From assembly GCF_964204645.1 (NCBI RefSeq), contig NC_134027.1, positions 6,108,485 through 6,172,484 of the forward strand: a stretch of 64,000 nucleotides of DNA. The letters run 5' to 3'. This DNA is from Tubulanus polymorphus. Taxonomy: Eukaryota; Animalia; Nemertea. Below, one piece after another: positions 57,791 to 64,000 of this stretch (the first letter of the stretch is position 1; each line of letters begins with the position of its first letter). A program made the translations under genes and the position numbers. The notes beneath the pieces were generated by a model. The model did not search any database and had not been told where the DNA came from. It worked only from the letters and a program-made list of their open reading frames with translations.

Positions 57791-58585
57791 GAACAAAACT
57801 AATGTCCGAAAGCGTGCTCTCCTTCGCCGGTCACGTGTCGAGGATGTCAGACAAAGAGTCGGTCAGGAAATGGCTGCCCTCTACACGCCCTCATACGGAA
57901 CACGAAAACCAGGATGACGAGGCCTCACTCTCCCCACGTATCAACAGAGTGTGCTTGGTGACGTCAATGACGGGCAAGTCAGTCGGATTGCACGGGTTAA
58001 AAGTGGAGTGGTAAAGCTGGACTGTCTACTAGTATTCATTGATTCCTTTTCAGGAATTGCTTCGGACAAAGATTTAGTCTTTTCTTTCTTTGCGTTCTAG
58101 CATTCATTGATTCCTTTTAAGGGATTGCTTCGGGCAGGGATTAATTTCCCTGTCTTCCTTTGCGTGCTAGGATTCATTAATTCACTGCGGGATCGCTACC
58201 GTGCTAGCATTCATTGATTCCTTTTAAGGGATTGCTTCGGGCAGGGATTAATTTCCCTGTCTTCCCTTGAGTGTTAGTATTCATTGATTCCGCCTGGGTT
58301 GCTTCGGGCAGGGCTAAGTCTTGTCTTCCTTTGGGTGCTAGTGCGGGCAATCCAGTTGCGCTGCCCTATTTTTGGCTTGGGCAATTTGATAGGTTTGTCA
58401 GTTACTGACGTCACCCGGCACACCCTGTCGGTAAATGGTGAAAGTAAGGCGTGGTCATCTTTTTTTTCGCGTTCTGTGTGAGGGCGTGTAGAGGGCGGTA
58501 TATTCCTGGCTGGCTCTTTGTCTGGTGTTCTCGGCATGTGACCGGCGACGAAGAGCTGAAAAGCTTTCAGACATTAATTTTGTTC
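57791..58585 (+). ncRNA. Long imperfect foldback (~240-bp stem) with a branched repeat cap; candidate hairpin RNA
   Basis: 57791-58032 is reverse-complementary to 58338-58585 with only two small bulges. Hand pairing gives ~35 G:U versus ~13 A:C appositions on the + strand. Confidence 0.7.
58031..58339 (+). repeat. Tandem array of four 64-70-nt units plus one 37-nt partial unit, each full unit with two internal hairpins
   Basis: Units start AG(C/T/G)ATTCATT at 58031, 58099, 58169 (partial), 58206 and 58276. Consensus agYattcattgattcc-loop-ggRWttgcttcgggcaggg-loop-YcYtgtcttcctttgNgtgct. Confidence 0.9.
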
Positions 58586-59049
58586 TGTACCAGGTTTTCA
58601 TCGCTCTTCTCTTTTTTTTTCATTTCAGGACTCCCAAGATGAAGAAAAAGGTGCTGAAGGCGACTACAACGAAGACGATGCCAAAAAAGAACACTGAACT
58701 CGGCAATATTGAAAGTTAAGTTGATACACATGTAAATTACGATGCGTGATACGGAAAGGATTGTGTAACTACAGAATATGGTTCTTTTACTCATTTCAGG
58801 TTAATCCGGAAAGGCCCATCTAAAATCTGCCCACCAGAAGCGCCCACAAAAGACTCCACCTTGAAGTACCACCAAACACTGAAAGACCTGCCGCAACCGA
58901 ACCTGGCAGTCTTGACCTCATCCTGCATGGCAACAGGAATACATACATACATAAAGCTCGGTTGATTTTTCATATCTGGGGTAGAATGCATAGGCGCTGG
59001 TCAAGCTCACCATCTCTGCACTACTTTATTGAAGCTCTGTGGCCGGTAG

Positions 59050-61820
59050 TAAATTGAAATATAGCTAGGCAATGATTGCTTGAATATTTACAATATTAGA
59101 CGAAATGATTGAGTGAGGTCCCTTAAATATTCTTTGGTCTGATAATTAAAATGTAGATTGGTCAGTTATTGATTAAAAGATTTTGTAAGTAGGTACAATT
59201 AAGGTAAATTCAATATCTTATGTGACATTTGAAATTATTCGAATGTACCGTAGATATTTCAGGCCTCATATGACTATTGTTTAACTGACAATCAAGATAT
59301 AGATAGGACAATTTACTAATTAGCAATCATTCAATATCTTGTAATGTTTGATGAGACATTCTTTTGGTGTAGATATTTCAAGGCCCCATATACATTTAGG
59401 CTGGCTTTACTTAAAGATATATCAATTAAACTTTATCGTTGGTTAAAAGATTTTTGTTTACAAATAATATATTGATAAATTTATCAAGATTGAGGCCATA
59501 CTTTACAATATATACTGTGTGCTGCCTCACACATAACAGTAATGAATTTCATAAGATAGTGTCTTGGGCTCTATCGAGGTCTGGTGTTATATGGGGAAAA
59601 CTATGGACTACGGGTCTTTATGAAACAGTGATTTGGTCAAAACACTTTGATAAATCCAGAATAAACCAAAGCTTTGATTGATTTAATTCATTCCTGAAAC
59701 ACTGCGTCTTGTTTTGGGCGATGCATGATAATTGTTGTTTGACTGACAATTAGCATACATCCAGGAAAAATGGCTTAGATATTCACAATTAAGATGAATT
59801 CAATATTTGATGTTAGATCAAAAACTTTTTATATATCATAAATATTTATTGAAATATAGCTGAAATATATAATATATTTGAGCACATCTATAAGTGAATC
59901 AGTCTCATTGCTCTCGCTAGGTATCAGTTCTGTATCGCCAACTGCCGCGCTTACGACGACTAGCCATGCTTTTCATTATTGGCAAAATTTACTCAAACCA
60001 AACTGATTCAATTAATATCTAAAAGCCATACTGTGTGTCAAGTGACGCATATTAGATATAGTTTAACTGAAAATTAGAATCTAAGATGAATTACTCATTA
60101 ACGAATTACTTAGATCGATTAAGGTTAATTCAATTGTTATGTGAAATTATTTCTAATTCCATGGACATTTAAAATGTAGCTGATACATGTGTATCTGAGC
60201 ACATTTATTTATCTGTATCTAAGTGAACCTATGGTGTCTTCATACAGCTGTATTAGTTTTGATACATTTTGTCAAAATCATTTAACGCAGATTTAATTCC
60301 GATCGAATCTGTGCACAAATACATTCTTGGATTTGGAAGGGGGAATATTTCAATTTCACTGTGTATGCCTTATTCTGACAGGATATCCTAAACTTAGGTC
60401 TTATTCCTCTTGCTAATAGCTCTCTTTTACTAACCCCTCTCCTTCAAACTATTTTCTAGCATCATGACTCGCACCGCACCAGGGAGGTCCGGTCATAACA
60501 AGGTCTTTTGGTCCTTATACACAGTGTACTATATAAGGGAAATAAAGATTATATAGCCATTCGGCTAAGGAAATTTCTAATTTACCACTAAAAATATGCT
60601 TTTTTATCTTTAATTTCTGATGAATTCAAATAGTGACGAATTCACCACATCTGAAATTCTAGTCATGTAGATTTTTAGGCTCCATATAAATATTGTTCAA
60701 CTGACAATTAAAATATAGCTAGTATGATTACTAATTAATGTTCGCTTAGATACCTAGAATTTAATTAAAATTAATTCAATGTAATGAATATAAGTGAAAC
60801 GTATTCAAAATTGCACAGTGGATGAGACGACTGTATCGCGCAATGTCATCTGCGTCTAACTGGGCCACATGTGTGTGTGGGATCTGTTGAATCAGTTAGG
60901 TTTTGGGGGATTCTGGGTAAGTTAAGCTAGGTATCAAAAGCTCTGATGCGAAATTAGCAGTTCTAATAGTGATTAATTCAAATTCGTACCGGATCTGAAA
61001 TTCTTCTTGTGTAGAAATTTCAAGCCCCATATAAAATATTGTCCGAGACAATTTCAATTAGGCCTATAGCTAGGACATTATCAATTAACTTATTGATTAG
61101 GTATCTAATTCAGCATCTTCATATAAGGTAAAAGTGCTCAAATCTAAACCATAGGGGTTGATAAGACAACTGTATAATTTAATATTGATTGATATATAAA
61201 GAATACTGGGTATGTTTTAACTCTGTCTCTTGTGCGTAGGGTTTATTGAATCTTTAAGGCCTTGCAGAATTCTGGATTTGTCAAGTTGTGGGAATGATTC
61301 GAGGTTTCTTAAATCTGTAGAACCATGTTACTTATAGGATCAGTGTGCTCAATGCTGGCAGCGCACTCACTCTTCAGTTAGTTATATTATCATAATTACA
61401 AAATCATTGTATATATTAGGAGCAATATTTAGATTTAATGAAATGGATTAGAATACCATTCACTGGGTACAGATGTCGCCATCTGTGGGTAGAAAACATC
61501 TCTTAAGTTTATTAACTGACGATGAAGTAAATTTGATAATACGAACATGGTTTAGCTGACAATCGAAATATATATAGGCCAATATTACTAGCAGGTTTGC
61601 ACTGTATGATGGGCCTGGGTTTCAATAAAAGACACATCAAGAATTTCAAGAAGATAGAAGAGAAGACAGTTCAAAAACGATTTGATAAGATTGATTATGC
61701 ATTATTAAATTTGTTGTAACTCTGGTATTCCTAGAGATGACTATAGATTCTTTAGTTGAATTGTTGTTAAACTATAATAATCAACCATTGCTTAGATATT
61801 TAGAATATAGATGAATTACT
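59050..61820. repeat. Degenerate local repeat family (decayed tandem duplications)
   Basis: Recurrent gtagaWatttcaRgccYcata...actgacaatt...atatagct...attcaat blocks at ~59250, ~59368, ~60666 and ~61010, and again at ~63515. 60650-60930 and 60995-61290 align as a ~345-bp duplication. Confidence 0.65.
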
Positions 61821-62144
61821 ATATGAGTTGAATTTCATGAATATCATTTAAGACTATTATTAAAATCTACGTATCGATCCACATTGCTGATCTTATATAT
61901 GAATTGACATGATAATTATGATCAGTGATATTCGAAAGGATTTTCTGCTCAAAAGGTTCTGCTCTTTTCTTCAGCTTGCCGTTTCAGACGGATTGGAAGA
62001 TAGTTTGAATGAACCGGAATCGAATTTCCCAATTATGTACTTCGATTTCAGACATACTCGAGAAAAACTACAATAAACTTTAAGAATTAGACAAATTTAA
62101 ACGGTGAAAATGACAAAAAGATTAAAGTTAGACAAAATTCTCCC

Positions 62145-62830
62145 ACCTTGTAAACTTTCGGACTAGTTACATGAAAAAAAAGACAAAATATTGTAAAATA
62201 TAGTTATTTCCAAAATCTCGATGTATTGAATTAGGCAGAAAAAAAATAGATAAAATTATTCAACCTTGTAAAGTTTCGGACTAGTTACATGAAAAAAAGA
62301 CCAAATATTGTAAAATATAGTTATTTCCAAAATCTCGATGTATTGAATTAGGCAGAAAAAAAATAGATAAAATTATTCAACCTTGTAAAGTTTCGGACTA
62401 GTTACATGAAAAAAAGACCAAATATTGTAAAATATAGTTATTTCCAAAATCTCGATGTATTGAATTAGGCAGAAAAAAAATAGATAAAATTATTCAACCT
62501 TGTAAACTTTCGGACTAGTTACATGAAAAAAAGACCAAATGTTGTAAAATATAGTTATTTCCAAAATCTCAATGTATTAAATTAGGCAGAAAAAAATAGA
62601 TAAAATTATTCAACCTTGTAAACTTTCGGACTAGTTACATGAAAAAAAGACCAAATGTTGTAAAATATAGTTATTTCCAAAATCTCATTGTATTAAATTA
62701 GGCAGAAAAAAAAATAGATAAAATTATTCAACCTTGTAAACTTTCGGACTAGTTACATGAAAACAAGACCAAATATTGTAAAATATAGTTATTTCCAAAA
62801 TCTCGATGTATTAAATAAGGCAGAAAAAAA
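62145..62830. repeat. Tandem satellite, 116-118-bp unit, ~6 near-identical copies plus a diverged copy at ~62920-63020
   Basis: The unit start accttgtaaaStttcggactagttacatg occurs at 62145, 62263, 62380, 62497, 62613 and 62731. Confidence 0.95.
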
Positions 62831-64000
62831 GTTAACCCCAATCAGTCACTTAATATGTGCTTCGACTATTTAAACGGTGAAAATGACCAAAAAAATTGAA
62901 GTTAGACAAAATTGTTAAACATTGTAAACTTTCGGACTAATTACATTAAAAAAAGACCAAATATTGTGAAATTATCTTCAACAATATAGTTATTTCCAAA
63001 ATCAGAATTAGGCAGAATAAAAGATTGTTTGAATGAACCGGAACCGAATTACCAATTATGTTCTTGGACTTAAAAAAAAGAAGATCTGTAAAAACGACCG
63101 CCGATCACGCAACGATATATGTACTTCGATTTCCGATTTTGAAAAAAAACCGCCGTATCGCTCCCGGCAGGTGTGGTAGGTTTGTAAGGGACACCAACTC
63201 GAAAAGTCAAACGAGAGCTTGAGGTCAACAACTCATCAAAAATCTGCCAATTAGAGAAAACAGTGCACAGAAACCAACCGACTTAGGAGATCCTCGTCGA
63301 TGATGAAACCAGCAATCATAAAAGGTAACTTTATATACATGGAGTTATTACGATGATTTCTAAATGTCATGATTACAGGATATATTTGTTTACTCATTGC
63401 AGCTAAGTTTCAACTATAAGAAAGAGACCAGCTTAAAATCAACTACTCATCTGAAATCTACGGATTTGAACAACCCACAGAAGAATCAAACTCATTAGAT
63501 GGAAATTACCGGTATATAGAAATTTCAGGCCTCGTATGAATATCATTTGATAAGTGATTATCATCGAAATCAATTTACCTGTCCACATGGCTGATCTTAG
63601 AACTTTTATCTTTACTAGTCTTACACCTTGGAGTAATAAATTTTTCAAATGATTACTCCAAGCTTAAACATTGATGAACTAGTCCTACTACTGCAATTAT
63701 TTATTGGGGTTTAAATCGGCAATTGACGTCAATGAACATAATTCTGATTTTGGAAATAACTTTATTAACTAAGTGAAAAACACGGTGGCTTGTAATTTGA
63801 AATGACATGTAAGTTATGATAAATCTGTCTAAAATGTTTTGCTTTCTTCACTTTGTTTCAGTCAAACTACATCCCGGAAATAATGGCCTGAAGAAGACAC
63901 AAGTAGACAAATACCCATTGACCCATTTGCTGATGAAAACTGCAGAAGCCCAGATGAGAAGTTTAGGAGCCAGCGACGGATTAATCACTCAACGATGGAA

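Larger units (their letters stand above)
56230..64000 (+). ncRNA. Possible spliced long non-coding transcript hosting the foldback (boundaries uncertain; may run off the window)
   Basis: A series of plus-strand pyrimidine-tract acceptors (56328, 57031, 57732/57756, 58628, 58799, 61974, 63400, 63861) and donors (56263, 58715, 63326). I could not join them into a long ORF. Confidence 0.35.

Noticed and set aside
57417-57917. 166-aa ORF with an LPLPLP run
   Set aside because: TTG start, the frame is held open by a microsatellite, and it crosses splice-acceptor tracts; no domain is recognisable.
58031-58339. CRISPR-like or tRNA-like array
   Set aside because: Eukaryotic context, no unique spacers, no cas genes and no tRNA D/T-loop consensus.
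57802-58537. Two similar short ORFs on opposite strands (both containing PSTRPHTE) as a duplicated protein gene
   Set aside because: The similarity is simply the inverted repeat. Differences are largely non-synonymous and follow RNA wobble pairing rather than codon position.

Overview
AT-rich, intron-dense animal genomic DNA (many ~80-150 bp GT-AG introns). It is an invertebrate, plausibly a lophotrochozoan (inference), so the six-frame ORF track is mostly exon fragments and noise. Reading splice sites by hand gives, in order: the 3' part of a giant Piccolo/Bassoon/Fife-type active-zone gene (+; PDZ-C2A-C2B), an unrecognised intronless 97-aa ORF (-), ZMYND10 (+), a 5'-nucleotidase (-), an HMGB gene (+), PRPF18 (-), a CFAP92/KIAA1257-like gene (+), ATG7 (-) and a PPM1H/J/M-type phosphatase (+). 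The eight genes after Piccolo form four consecutive head-to-head pairs. The last ~8 kb has no recognisable protein gene. It holds the most unusual object in the window: a ~795-nt foldback (57791-58585) with a ~240-bp, nearly indel-free stem strongly enriched in G:U pairs on the + strand, capped by a branched array of covarying ~70-nt repeats. It appears to lie in a spliced non-coding transcript and is a candidate hairpin-RNA/endo-siRNA or new structured-RNA locus. Two MITEs with target-site duplications and a 117-bp satellite are also present. Exon coordinates and pairing counts were derived by eye and may be off by a few nt.
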